A DNA stretch of 64,000 nt from Schizosaccharomyces osmophilus (Eukaryota), in the NCBI RefSeq assembly GCF_027921745.1, contig NC_079238.1, positions 1,984,001 through 2,048,000 of the forward strand, in the 5' to 3' direction. The notes beneath the pieces are model-generated. The model made no database searches, had not been told where the DNA came from, and was given only the letters and a program-made list of their open reading frames with translations. Position numbers and translations under genes: made by a program. Of this stretch, positions 48,067 through 59,585 are shown in pieces. The first letter of the stretch is position 1, and the number at the start of each line of letters is the position of its first letter.

Positions 48067-49720
48067 AATCAAACGTAAAAGAAAAACGGCAATTACAGAT
48101 CTATAAAACGTTCAAAAAACGACAAAAAAAAAACACAACCCAAACACTGGAAAACGTATGAACCGACTAGGAGGGAAATGTAAATGTTAGCAGTATTCTT
48201 CCGGCCTGAAATGTCCCAACGTCTATTGTATAGAAATTATTGGTTCAAAATTGTAAGAGGCACTAATATAAAATCGAGTAATTAGACCTTGAAATTTCCT
48301 TTGACCAAGATAGGATTACAGAACCCGAATATCTATTTACCTTTTTCTTTTTGTTTTTTTTTTTTTAAAAAAAAGGAAAAGAATTGACTAGACAAGCCCT
48401 CAACTAGAAATAAGGCAAACACAACACTTTCGCCGTACAGTAGCACTTTCCACCAGCGACCTTTGCGAAATCCAAGATTTCCTAGCACAAAAAGAAAAGA
48501 AATCAATAAAGGAAAAGAACAGAAGTTAAGCAAGACGGTTGAAAATAGACAATTGGTAGTTCGCACTGTACATGGTGATATTTGTTATCAATATCATTAG
48601 ATCGAGTTTTGAAGTATAATACAGTGAAGGATGAAAACGTATAATATAGATTGGTATGGAATTTAACTATGTATGTGGAATGCCAGGCATCCTTGAATAG
48701 CTTTCTCTCTAGTAGACTTTTCTTATTCGTAGTACGAACAAGCTGCGCTCCTCAACACTGTATAGACAATTGTCCTACACCCCAAATCTTAGTGAACGTT
48801 TGTTTCACCTCCTCTAGTCCTGTACTTGATCTACTTTAGCAAATGGACGATGAAAAGCGTAGACGAACGTAAAATAATTCATGCAAATGTCAAGGACAAC
48901 TGATAAAAAAAAAAGGTTACAAGAGGAAAATAAAGAAAAGTAAGCTATAGTTCACATCTCTGTACAATTGCTCCTACGCCGATACATTTTTTGGCGCAAG
49001 GGCCCCCTCCTTACCTCTTTATGATAATAACATTGACTAGGAAACAAACCTTCGAGAGGATGATAAACTCAGCTACATTGTCTTTCTTATCGAGGTCAGC
49101 AAAACAATAGGAATTTCCTACAATTGTTACTCTATTGTATTCAAAACAATAAAATAGTCAAGTGAAGCACATGGCTGTGGTAGGAAATTCCAACCATCCA
49201 CGGCTTTCATATAGTGAGATACGGCTGCTGGATCTATTGCTTCTTTCCATCTTGCTTTTTGAAATGAAATTCAGCTTCAACAGAGTCTAACAAATTCATC
49301 GAACCATATCTCAGTGATCTTACTTTAGTCTTTTCATTAATTTTTAATCTTTTATTTTTCTTTCAATAGACCTCAAATCCTGTCGCACCCAGTTTCATCA
49401 TTTGTTCCTCGTTCGTGCTTGTTTCTTGTGCAGCTTTTGGATTGTTGCTCTATATAATACAGGTGATCAGATTCATCAAAGGTTCCTTCCTCATAACGAC
49501 TTTGATGAGCATTTAACTCGTCTGTGGTCTTTTTCAACGTCGTGGCCTTATTCCCTTTGTATAGTTTATGCTGTAGCTTCCTTTCTAGCTACTTAATTTT
49601 GTGTTTATCCAGCATCCACCCGTATTTCCCCCCCTCTTCTTAATCAGTGGTTTTATTCTTTGGCACTTACTCGATCCTTTCTCACACATTTTCAAGTCAA
49701 GTTATTATCCTCTCAACAAC

Positions 49721-52700
49721 ATGCGCAGAAATATCCGTGCGATACACACTGGTTTTGATGATGATGAAGACGACGAAGATGATGATTACTATTCCAAAAC
49801 TCATCAGTCCCACACAAATCGACATGCTTATTATGCTCGTCCTGAAGTTCCTGACCAATTCAATTCTTCTGAACAAGATGATTCTTCTGACTCCAGTTTT
49901 TCATCTTTAAGGAACTTATCCCAAGTCGGGCAAAGGTCTCCCTTCCCAACAAAACAAAGCCATCCAAAGTCAACTTTCTCCGTCGCCATTCATCCTTCTT
50001 CCCAAGCAGCTAAATTTCACAAGCACCAACATCCTAAAACCATTAAGACTCCTCTAAAGTCGGTTTCCATTGCCCCTTTACAAGCCCATTCTGAAACAAC
50101 AAAACCTATCTCTCCACCATACGAGGATGATTTACTAGATGACCACTTGCCCTTTCAACGAGTCAAAGAGGATGCCGAGGAGGATGACCAAGATGAGCTC
50201 GATATCATTTCCCCTTCCAAGCTGGAGAAAGCTTCTCATACTCTTTCTCCTCCAAAGTCTGCTAACGATGAGGACGATATCAGCTTACATGATTCCATTA
50301 GCAGTCCCCATTCTGAAGATGACCAAGACGAGCTTATTAAAGCAGGGCAATCTGAGTTCTTAAAATCCGATTCTTCTAACGATTTTATAGTGTCTTCGCC
50401 TCCTATAAAACGAGGTAGAGGAAGACCTCCTAAAAAAAGGCGTGTCAGTCAGCCTTTACGTAGAAGCTCTCGTGTCCAGACCCGCGGCAGCGTTGGATCT
50501 TCAACTAAGTCCCCTTTAAGCATTCGCAATAAACTTCGAAACCGATCCGCTCGTCCAAATCACGACTTGGTAGACTTTTCGGAAGAAACAATTTTCACTC
50601 CACCTACCAAAGCCTCGTACCCTCCTTCTCATGTAACTTCTCTCAATGCTTTTGCTAGTCTTCCTTTGGGTATCGGTAATGATGAAAATATTAATGATTC
50701 CACGCATTCAGACTCGGAGTTTTCTTTCGATGCTAATGCTACACCAAAGAAAAACGGTAGTCCGATGACTCCTTCACGTAACGATGAGAATGCTGCCTCT
50801 TCAATATCTCATCCGTTTGGCCAAGTCGATCGTAGTACTATAAAAAAAGATGATCCTTTTGCAACTGAAGAAGCATTAAGCTTTGATAATATTGGTGGCC
50901 TTGAGGATGTAATTCTTCAACTTAAGGAAATGGTTTTACTTCCACTTTTGTATCCAGAGGTTTTTCTGCACTTTCATATGACTCCACCAAGAGGTGTTTT
51001 ATTTCATGGTCCCCCTGGAACAGGAAAAACTTTAATGGCCAGAGCATTAGCAGCAAATTGCTCTGTCGGAAACCAGAAAGTCAGTTTCTTCCTTAGGAAA
51101 GGTTCTGATTGTTTAAGCAAATGGGTCGGCGAGGCTGAACGTCAATTGCGATTGTTATTTGAAGAAGCGAAGAAAGCGCAGCCTAGTATCATCTTTTTTG
51201 ACGAAATCGATGGTCTAGCTCCAATGCGTACCGCTCGCCAGGATCAAACTCATAGCTCTATCGTATCTACTTTGCTTGCTTTAATGGATGGCTTGGATAG
51301 TCGCGGCCAAGTTGTAGTCATTGGGGCCACCAACAGACCTAACGATATTGATTCAGCTTTAAGAAGACCAGGGAGGTTTGATCGAGAATTCTATTTTTCT
51401 TTGCCAAACCATGAAGCACGCATGAAAATACTGAAAGTCCATACAAAGCATTGTTCCCCTTATCTATCTGATACATATTTGTCAGACCTAGCGACAGCCA
51501 CCTCTGGTTACGGCGGTGCTGACTTGAAAGCTTTGTGTACTGAGGCAGCGTTGCATGCTGTACGCAGGTGTTACCCTCAAATATATCACTCCTCCGAAAA
51601 ATACGTAATATCGCCAAACAAAATTCAGGTTGACCCTCTTGATTTCGAACGTGCTTTGGAAAAGCTGAATGTTTCTACACAAAGAGTCAGCGTAATTCCA
51701 AAATCTTCTATTTCTGATTCTCATAAACTGCTTTTTAAAGAAACGCTTGATCTACTTTCGATGAAAATATCGCATTTACTCAGATTAGACTCTCTTCCTT
51801 CGAACTCATCGTCTTTTCAAAATATATCGTTGTCGGAAATCAAAAAACAAAAAGAGATTTATTCTTTAAAGAAAACTATGGTTTATCGTCCTCGTTTAAT
51901 AATTACCGGTCATCAAGATCACGGTCAGTCGTATTTGAGTACTGACCTATTTGGATCTTTAGACGGGATATATGTGCAATCTCTTGATATTTCGAAATTG
52001 TTGGTGGATTCAGAAGTTTCTCTTAATTCTGCTCTTATTAATATTTTTGCTTCTGCAAGACATCAATCTCCCAGCATTATCTTTGTTAACAATATTGAGC
52101 AATGGCCAGTTCTATTTCCACAAAACTTTTTGGACGTTTTCACTTTGCTGTTAAACTCTTTGATTCCTATGGAGCCCGTATTGTTGGTAGGCGTAGCCAA
52201 TACCACGTATAATGATTTGCCCGAAGTCGTTCGTTCTTGGTTCCCTCGTAATTCATCTGAGCACTTTGAGCTATTACTGCCATCATATGCTTCCAGAAAA
52301 TCTTTCTTTTTGAACATTTTAAACAAAATTTTGGCGTTGCCGTTAACGCATACTAAGTATACTGGCCCCTCTCATTGGGAACAGCTACCAAGAGCTCCCG
52401 TTTCTCACGATGTCTTTAATATTACTAAGAATCGTGAAAAACAGGAACGGGTGAATAATAGAAGATTAAAAAACAAACTGAAAATCAAGTTATTATCCAT
52501 TATGGATTTGCTTCGCTCTCGTTACAAGAAATTTAAGAAGCCGATTGTGGTATGTTACCATTACTTGTTTTCAACTCAACTAACCCTATAGGATTTGGAC
52601 GAAATTTACCCAGGAGATGATGAGACTAGGCCGTCTTTTGAAGTTTCACCTGAAGAATTTCCGTATTATATAGAAGGCAATCGTGTTGTACGACGTGAAG

Positions 52701-53458
52701 ACGGTGTCTTCTTCAACATGATGAATTTAGAAGAGGTCGATCGTCGTATATGGTCTGGTTTTTATTGTACACCTCAGCGATTCCTTCGTGATTTGAAATT
52801 AATTATGGACGATGTGAGTCACTTTGGTGATCTAACATTGAAATCAAAGGCCAAGGAGTTGTATTTAAGCGCAGAACTTAATTTGGAAGAGATGATTGAT
52901 CAAGTTTTTATATATGAATGCCAGGAAATGGAAGAACGAGAGACTAGACGGAGAAAGGAAAAATCTTCCAAAGAAGGCCATGATGAAAACAAAGACATGA
53001 ATCGAAGACTAATGAATGACAATGCTAATGCAAATGACACAACACCCGAAGACAATATACGATATTCTAGGGACCTAGAAATCCCCAGCTCTTCTCCTGA
53101 AGATGAAGACGGAAGTGAAGAGAAAGAATTAATAAAGCTACAATTTGAGAAGGAAAATATTCCAGTCGCACGAAACTTCTGCGGGCAAGGCTTTCAAAAC
53201 AACAAGAGCCCCTTAAACCTTTTGAGTAAACCAGTCGAGTCTTCTGGTTGCAGAAAAGAATCTGAAATCGTGAAGCGATTAGCAGAAGAATTCGCTGAGA
53301 GTACTTCCAATTTAAAGATGGAATGGTTGGACCTAATTTATTCTAGATTGTCCAATGTTATTTGGGACAATCATGAAGGCATGAACCGAATACGTATTTT
53401 AACGTTAGTTAAGCAGACGTTTTCCTGTATATTAAAAGAGATCCGTTCGTCATATTAA
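49721..53458 (+). CDS. abo2: ATAD2/Yta7-family AAA-ATPase with a bromodomain-like region; intron 52550-52591
   Basis: Acidic N-terminus, Walker A GPPGTGKT, Walker B FFDEID, ALRRPGRFDREFYF, a degenerate second AAA domain and a bromo-like C-terminal part. First ATG at 49721. Confidence 0.88.
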
Positions 53459-53554
53459 TATATTTTGAGTTTTTTTGAGTCACATACACAGAGTTTAAAT
53501 GGTACCTACCATGATATGTGTGGTACGTAGAACTTTCATTCCAAGATTACCTTT

Positions 53555-54385
53555 TTAACTTTGCAATTTTTGTGTCGGAATTAAACAAGATAGAATATTT
53601 TTAGATCCACCCGCAAAGTTTCCATTCGTGTCCAAAAGATAATAGAAACGCGTGCCGCTTACTTTCATAACCATGGGATTTTTATCGATGGATTGTGAGA
53701 GAATGAACACCTCGTTTCGTGGAAGTATAATAGACTTTTCTAAGTAAAGGCGATTGTTAGGTCCAGGAAGACCTGTTTTCATTTCAATTTGGCGTGCGGG
53801 CAAGGCATACAAAGAATGAATGGTTCTTCGTGGTAGAAAGAGTAAAAAAGCAGTTGCCAAATATAGTAAAGGGATAACCAAACAAGAACCGATTCGCATG
53901 ACTTTTTCGGAATAAGTATAGGTGTACCAGTTTTGAAAACCTATTTCGCCAGAACGATACATATCCATTCCTGTAAGGGTAGCAAAGAAAGCGGCATTTA
54001 GGGTAGTGGCCAGAAAGAGAAGATACAAAAAACGATACGTTTTATCGTTTTCAGCCTGGTAAATGCGAAACGGCTTTTGAGTTGTCATGGCCTGCCATGC
54101 GATATCGGAATGAAGCGTGTTTGGAGTAGAGGTTTTTGCTTTTTTTGATGAAGGGCTTTTGTTGTTAAAAAAAGAAAATGTGTGGAAAGAACCATTTGCT
54201 TTACGACCGTTCACGTATGAAAAGACACGGGAAATCACAACTGAGTTAAAAGGTGTGTTTAAGGCCTTTGGGCGAATTCCGACATTTGTAAACATGCATG
54301 GTGCACGGATGGAGAAATTTCGAAAGCCAGTGAACGGATTTTGGCGGATTCGCTCAAGACGGGCGACGAGCCTAGTAGAGAGCAT
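53555..54385 (-). CDS. Probable mitochondrial membrane protein (presequence plus two TM segments), function unknown
   Basis: Arg-rich, nearly acid-free N-terminus MLSTRLVARLERIRQNPF and two hydrophobic segments. First ATG at 54385. Confidence 0.7.
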   Translation of the reverse strand: MLSTRLVARLERIRQNPFTGFRNFSIRAPCMFTNVGIRPKALNTPFNSVVISRVFSYVNGRKANGSFHTFSFFNNKSPSSKKAKTSTPNTLHSDIAWQAMTTQKPFRIYQAENDKTYRFLYLLFLATTLNAAFFATLTGMDMYRSGEIGFQNWYTYTYSEKVMRIGSCLVIPLLYLATAFLLFLPRRTIHSLYALPARQIEMKTGLPGPNNRLYLEKSIILPRNEVFILSQSIDKNPMVMKVSGTRFYYLLDTNGNFAGGSKNILSCLIPTQKLQS

Positions 54386-55848
54386 TGGGAAGCGAAAATG
54401 TAGCTCTTTTTTCGGCACAATCTATTTTTTGGTTGGATTTCTTTTCAAATCGCAATTTTCAATGTTATACAATCGTTTGCAAATGTTTTGTTCGAATCGT
54501 AAATCGAAAAAGGTGTAACGAAGTGAGTGGTACCTTTGTTTACGTGGGTGTCAGTAGAGAAGGAACCGTTCGCAGGCAAGCCGAAATAATGATTTAGTAT
54601 GATTTGGGCATAACTTTACGACAAGAAAAGCATTCTAAATGAAGAAGAAAATGAATCAATGTAGCTTGATTCCTAAAGAGACGCGTAGCACAAAGAATGC
54701 TTGACGAAACAGCAACACTTATATCATCCAGACCTCAGAATTTTTGCTTTCTTTACAACAAAAGATGAACAGTTTCAAGAAGAAGAAGCAGTAAAGAAAC
54801 GAAAGTCCTTTCTATTCACGTTTACCTCGTAGTTGTAGGGCACTACAAAAAAGCAGGTTGAGGGGAGTGGCAGAGTCCAGGAAGGGCTGAAAGGGTTTTA
54901 ATATACAACGGGGAGTTTAGCAATCATTTGATAACATTGATAAGCTTTCGAGTACCAAAAGTAAAGCAGTCCCCATAGAAATACCAAAAGGGCTTTCTAT
55001 GCATTCTTCAACAAAAATAAACTCATAATAAAGTTAAGAGAGCGAAAGGTGGATATGCAGTAAATGGAATACGATAATATTGTATAATGATATTATAAGA
55101 AATGTAAAATGGTACACGGAAAAGAATTGATGTTTAGAAAGAAAAAAAGGGAATGTAAAGAAACCGATAATCAGTTTTTATGCGCCTTTTTCTTCTCTTG
55201 CATCTTTCTAGAAAATTTTGTTTGAATGCTATATTCACAGACAGTGTGTACGGTATGAACTATGGAAAAGCGAGGAGATCCAACTATAGCTAGCTTACTT
55301 TCTAAGGAAAAAATAAAAATGCAAACAAACATTCATTTCGTACAGTATAGTATGGTACGGTAGGAAGGGCGCTAGAAACACATTGGGGAGCATTTCTCAT
55401 GCAAAGGAATAATCGTAAACGAAAATTGTTTTCTTTCCGAAAATTAACACTTGAAACAACTTGATAAGAGTATGATTATAAGAAAAAAAAAGACATGTAC
55501 AAGGATGAACTCATGCGTTATGCAAAGATCAATATATTAAGTGCAGAGTGTGTTGAGAGAAAAAAAAAAAAAAGAGAAAAGTTGACGAGCGTACGGAGAA
55601 TGGAGAAAGGATCGAATCCAAAAGAAACCGTCAAATCTTATCCAAGCTGACTGCTCCAAAAGAAACATGCATCACAATAAAAAAAGATGAAGAAATAGAA
55701 ACCAAAGGAACGACAGGTACAAGGTTCAACAACCCGAGGAAAAGAAAAGAAATAGATAAAAGAACGTTGATATGCAATGAATAGTGTCCAAATAAAAAGG
55801 GTGAATGATTCAATCAATCAAGCAAGAAAAGAGAAGAGAAGAGGTATA

Positions 55849-56406
55849 TTAAGCCTCTTCCTTTTTCCTTTGCTTCTCGACGTCCACCGCAGACAAAATT
55901 GGATAGCCGATGAAAAGCATTAAAAGTCCGCAACTTAGTAAAATAAGAGTTAGAATATTAACGAAACCACGAAGCGTGAAAACATTAAAATCTCGACCAT
56001 CATGAAAATCCTCATTATGTAAAATATCGTCCACCTCTTTCACACTAGGGTCCCAAAGAAGCGTAGAAGATTGTAATGGGATAGGAGATTCCATAGAATT
56101 GAGGGAAGAGGCACTGCCAAATGGAGATTCCGAAGGATACGAACGTTGAGCCATAGACACTTGTTCATCACGGTACGGAGAGTTTTTTTTCTCCAACACC
56201 TCCTTTGGATGATATTCTGAAAATGAATCTAACGAATGGCCTTCCTGCATTACCGGCTGCATATCTTCTGACTCCCAAATGTCATCCCCATAGGTGTCTT
56301 CATGGTCGTCTCTTGAAACTTCGTTTGCCAGTTCATAGCTCAGCTGCGGATCGAGAACTTCATCTGTTTCTAGTCCATCATGACTTCCCGCTGGGATCCT
56401 TGACAT
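55849..56406 (-). CDS. sbg1: SKN1/KRE6-like single-pass membrane protein, Bgs1 partner
   Basis: EVDDILHN...FTLRGFVNILTLILLSCGLLMLFIGYPIL is the Kre6/Skn1 juxtamembrane signature; synteny. Confidence 0.85.
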   Translation of the reverse strand: MSRIPAGSHDGLETDEVLDPQLSYELANEVSRDDHEDTYGDDIWESEDMQPVMQEGHSLDSFSEYHPKEVLEKKNSPYRDEQVSMAQRSYPSESPFGSASSLNSMESPIPLQSSTLLWDPSVKEVDDILHNEDFHDGRDFNVFTLRGFVNILTLILLSCGLLMLFIGYPILSAVDVEKQRKKEEA

Positions 56407-56661
56407 TGTTCTAAATTTTCAATCCACTTCCTTCGAGTTTGGCTATTCACAAGAAACCAGCGCCGCAGCCTACTTGTTGCTAGCTCCCAGCCACGTTCGA
56501 GTACGTTCAGTATTTTATATTACAATATGTAACGCGTTAGTCGTAATCTGTGTTAGTTTTCAGTATTTCCCTTTGCTTGCCTTTCTTTTCCATTCTCCCT
56601 CTTGTCCTTTGTCAAAACACATTATTACTAGTTTAAGGCATTGGCATTTTGGAAGCGTGTC

Positions 56662-59187
56662 ATGTCGCGAATTATTATCAAAAACCTTCCAAGTTACTAT
56701 GAAAAAGAACAATTATCAAAGTATTTAAAGTCACAGTCCAATTTGGGCGTTGAAATTACAGATGTCAGTGTCGCAAAGACAAAAGACGGTGTAAGCCGAA
56801 GGTTTGCATTCATTGGATTCAAAAATGAACAGGATGCAGAGAAGACAGTCCGTTATTTGGATCGTTCTTACATAGACAGCTCACGAGTAGAGGCTCGTGT
56901 TGCACTGGACTTTCAAACTGCAAACGAAAAATTACGGCCATGGAGTAAGCACTCGGCAAAGACAAAAGAATTGAAGACTATAGAGCAGGAGAAACAGGTC
57001 CAAAAGCAAAAAGAGTTAGAGGAAAAGGAAAAGGAACGACGTGAAAAGAAATTAAAAAGAAAGTTTATTGATACTCTTCAAGATGATAAGGCTCGTACTT
57101 TCTTGCAGTTGTCTACTGCTACCAGTAAGTCCCGTACTTGGGATAATGAAGATTATACTTTTAATAACAAGCCTTCTGTTGCCGAGACAAATGAGGAAGA
57201 CGAGGAATACCAAGAGCTCCCTTTTGCCAAACGCCAGCAGACAGATGAAGACGGACAGCCAGTATCTGATACCAATGGTGCCCCCATGATAATTGATGGA
57301 CGCCCTCAAAATAATTCTGAAGAAACAGAAGGTAATGATAAAGTGGATGCCGAACATTCTGTTTCCCACGAGAACGGGAAGGATGCGGTAAACACGGAGC
57401 AAAAGCCCCTGTCCGATGAAGAATGGCTTCGTCTTCACAGAACTAGAATTCGTGAGGATGCTGAAGAAACGCCGACTGCTGAAGACCAAAATGTCTCTGA
57501 GATTACTACTCCATCTGAAGCAAAGCCTTTAGAGGAAAAAGCAAATCCCTCTTTGGAAACCCCTTCTTCCCATGAAGAAGAGGTTCAACCCGATGTGTCT
57601 GAGTATGACCAAACCATTGAAAAAATTCAAGAAACGAAGCGTTTATTTTTGAGAAATCTTACATATAGTTGTACCGAAGAAGACATAAGCGCTCATTTTC
57701 AACGTTTTGGTGCATTGGAGCAAGTCCATATGCCAATAGATAAGCGCACAAATGTTCCCAAGGGTTTTGCATATGTAGAGTTTCGCAATGCAGAAGACGC
57801 CGTACAAAGTTTCCAAGAATTGGACGGAAGACCCTTCCAGGGACGTTTGCTGCACATCCTTCCCGCTAAAGCTCGTCACAACATCGTTCAAGATGAATTT
57901 GCTTTGAGTAAGCTTCCTTTGAAGAAACAGAAGGAATTGAAGAGAAAGCAAACGGCTGCAAGTAGCACCTTTAGCTGGAATACATTGTACATGAATAATG
58001 ATGCCGTGGTAACATCACTGGCTTCTAGGTTGGGCGTTAGAAAAACCGATATTTTGGATCCTACCTCTTCTGATTCGGCTGTCCGTCAGGCCATGTCTGA
58101 AACTCACATCATTCAAGAGACCAAGCGATTCTTCGAAGAGCATGGTGTGGATTTGGACGCATTTAAAAACAGTGCTCGTTCTGACAATGTAATCTTGGCG
58201 AAAAACTTTACTTACGGTACTACCGCCGAAGAACTGACCTCCCTCTTTGGTCAATATGGTGAACTGGGAAGGGTTTTGATTCCTCCAGCTGGTACTATTG
58301 CCATTATTGAATTTATAAATGCTCCTGATGCTCGACAAGCGTTTGGCAAGTTGGCTTATACTAGAATCAAGAGTTCCATCTTGTATTTAGAAAAAGCACC
58401 CAAAGATGTGTTTCAAACGGCTTACAAGAAGAATCATGCTCATGAGCCTGAAGTTTTTGCTGAAACGGGTGCAATTACCACCGAATCAGCCAAGGAATTG
58501 GTATCCGAGGATGTTGACTCTCTCGATACTGCCACGCTCTACGTTAAGAATTTGAATTTTTCAACAAAACAATCGGAGTTTCAGAGTATTTTCAAGCCTT
58601 TGGAGGGATATCTATCTGCGGTTATCCGTGCAAAACCTGATCAGAAGCGCCCTGGCCAATTCCTTAGTATGGGTTTTGGGTTCGTTGAATTTAAAAATAA
58701 GCAATGTGCTATCGCAGCTATGCAAGCCATGAACGGTTTTGTCTTGGCGGGGCATAAACTTGATATTAAGTTGTCTCACCAAGGGGCTGATGCAGCAGCA
58801 GAGACGAGGAAGCTGGATTCTTCCAAACCGAAAGGTACTAAAATTCTTGTTAAAAATTTGCCTTTCGAAACTTCCAAGAAAGATATCCAGTCCTTATTTG
58901 GTGCTTATGGACAGTTGCGTTCTGTTCGTGTACCACGGAAACTTGATAGAAGTGCACGAGGCTTTGCTTTTGCTGAATTTGTTACTGCTCGTGAAGCTGA
59001 AAATGCCATGAACGCTTTGAAGCATACACACTTGCTCGGCCGTCATCTTGTGTTACAATACGCTTCTGCTAGTGGCATGGATGACTTAAACCATGCAATG
59101 GACAAAGCTGCCAAGGAAGCTCGTGCAGAAGCTGGCTCTACTCTTGTTACAGGAAAACGTCTCATCGAGACAGGCGAAGAAGAATAA
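56662..59187 (+). CDS. mrd1: Multi-RRM ribosome biogenesis factor
   Basis: MSRIIIKNLP start and five RRMs (RFAFIGF, KGFAYVEF, TIAIIEF, MGFGFVEF, RGFAFAEF). Confidence 0.95.
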   Translation: MSRIIIKNLPSYYEKEQLSKYLKSQSNLGVEITDVSVAKTKDGVSRRFAFIGFKNEQDAEKTVRYLDRSYIDSSRVEARVALDFQTANEKLRPWSKHSAKTKELKTIEQEKQVQKQKELEEKEKERREKKLKRKFIDTLQDDKARTFLQLSTATSKSRTWDNEDYTFNNKPSVAETNEEDEEYQELPFAKRQQTDEDGQPVSDTNGAPMIIDGRPQNNSEETEGNDKVDAEHSVSHENGKDAVNTEQKPLSDEEWLRLHRTRIREDAEETPTAEDQNVSEITTPSEAKPLEEKANPSLETPSSHEEEVQPDVSEYDQTIEKIQETKRLFLRNLTYSCTEEDISAHFQRFGALEQVHMPIDKRTNVPKGFAYVEFRNAEDAVQSFQELDGRPFQGRLLHILPAKARHNIVQDEFALSKLPLKKQKELKRKQTAASSTFSWNTLYMNNDAVVTSLASRLGVRKTDILDPTSSDSAVRQAMSETHIIQETKRFFEEHGVDLDAFKNSARSDNVILAKNFTYGTTAEELTSLFGQYGELGRVLIPPAGTIAIIEFINAPDARQAFGKLAYTRIKSSILYLEKAPKDVFQTAYKKNHAHEPEVFAETGAITTESAKELVSEDVDSLDTATLYVKNLNFSTKQSEFQSIFKPLEGYLSAVIRAKPDQKRPGQFLSMGFGFVEFKNKQCAIAAMQAMNGFVLAGHKLDIKLSHQGADAAAETRKLDSSKPKGTKILVKNLPFETSKKDIQSLFGAYGQLRSVRVPRKLDRSARGFAFAEFVTAREAENAMNALKHTHLLGRHLVLQYASASGMDDLNHAMDKAAKEARAEAGSTLVTGKRLIETGEEE

Positions 59188-59585
59188 GCTGATCTCATAG
59201 AAAAGACAAAAAATTGGGTTACGGGGAATAATGCGCATATATTTTTTTGGGGGATTCGTTTATTGTGCGTTAAGGCGTATAATTATTGGGTATATGTTTG
59301 GTGTAATAGTGTTTACGAAATGGATTTATTATTATTTTTAGAATATTAGAGTATTCATAGGACCAATTCGAACCATTGATTCCTATTTAGGCGCATCACA
59401 AGGAGTAAAATACGATTAGATGTAAGGTAAAATTAATCAACATAAATTGTTATTACATTGTTAAATAAATTTTGATGCAAGGTTAATAAAGACTGTTGTT
59501 GAAAGTAAAGTAGCCAGACTTTACGTATTGAATTCTATTCAGCCATTACCTACCATTCACTGACGAACCCAAGCTGCCAGTGAAT

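Noticed and set aside
49601..49720. GTG/TTG-initiated N-terminal extensions in the ORF track (abo2, also cog8, bem46, mrd1, mss116, mis15)
   Set aside because: Artefacts of bacterial-style start codons; the first in-frame ATG gives family-typical N-termini.
54832..54852. TTGTAG-GGCA-CTACAA hairpin with an A-run, resembling an intrinsic terminator
   Set aside because: Eukaryotic context, and a 6-bp stem is expected by chance.
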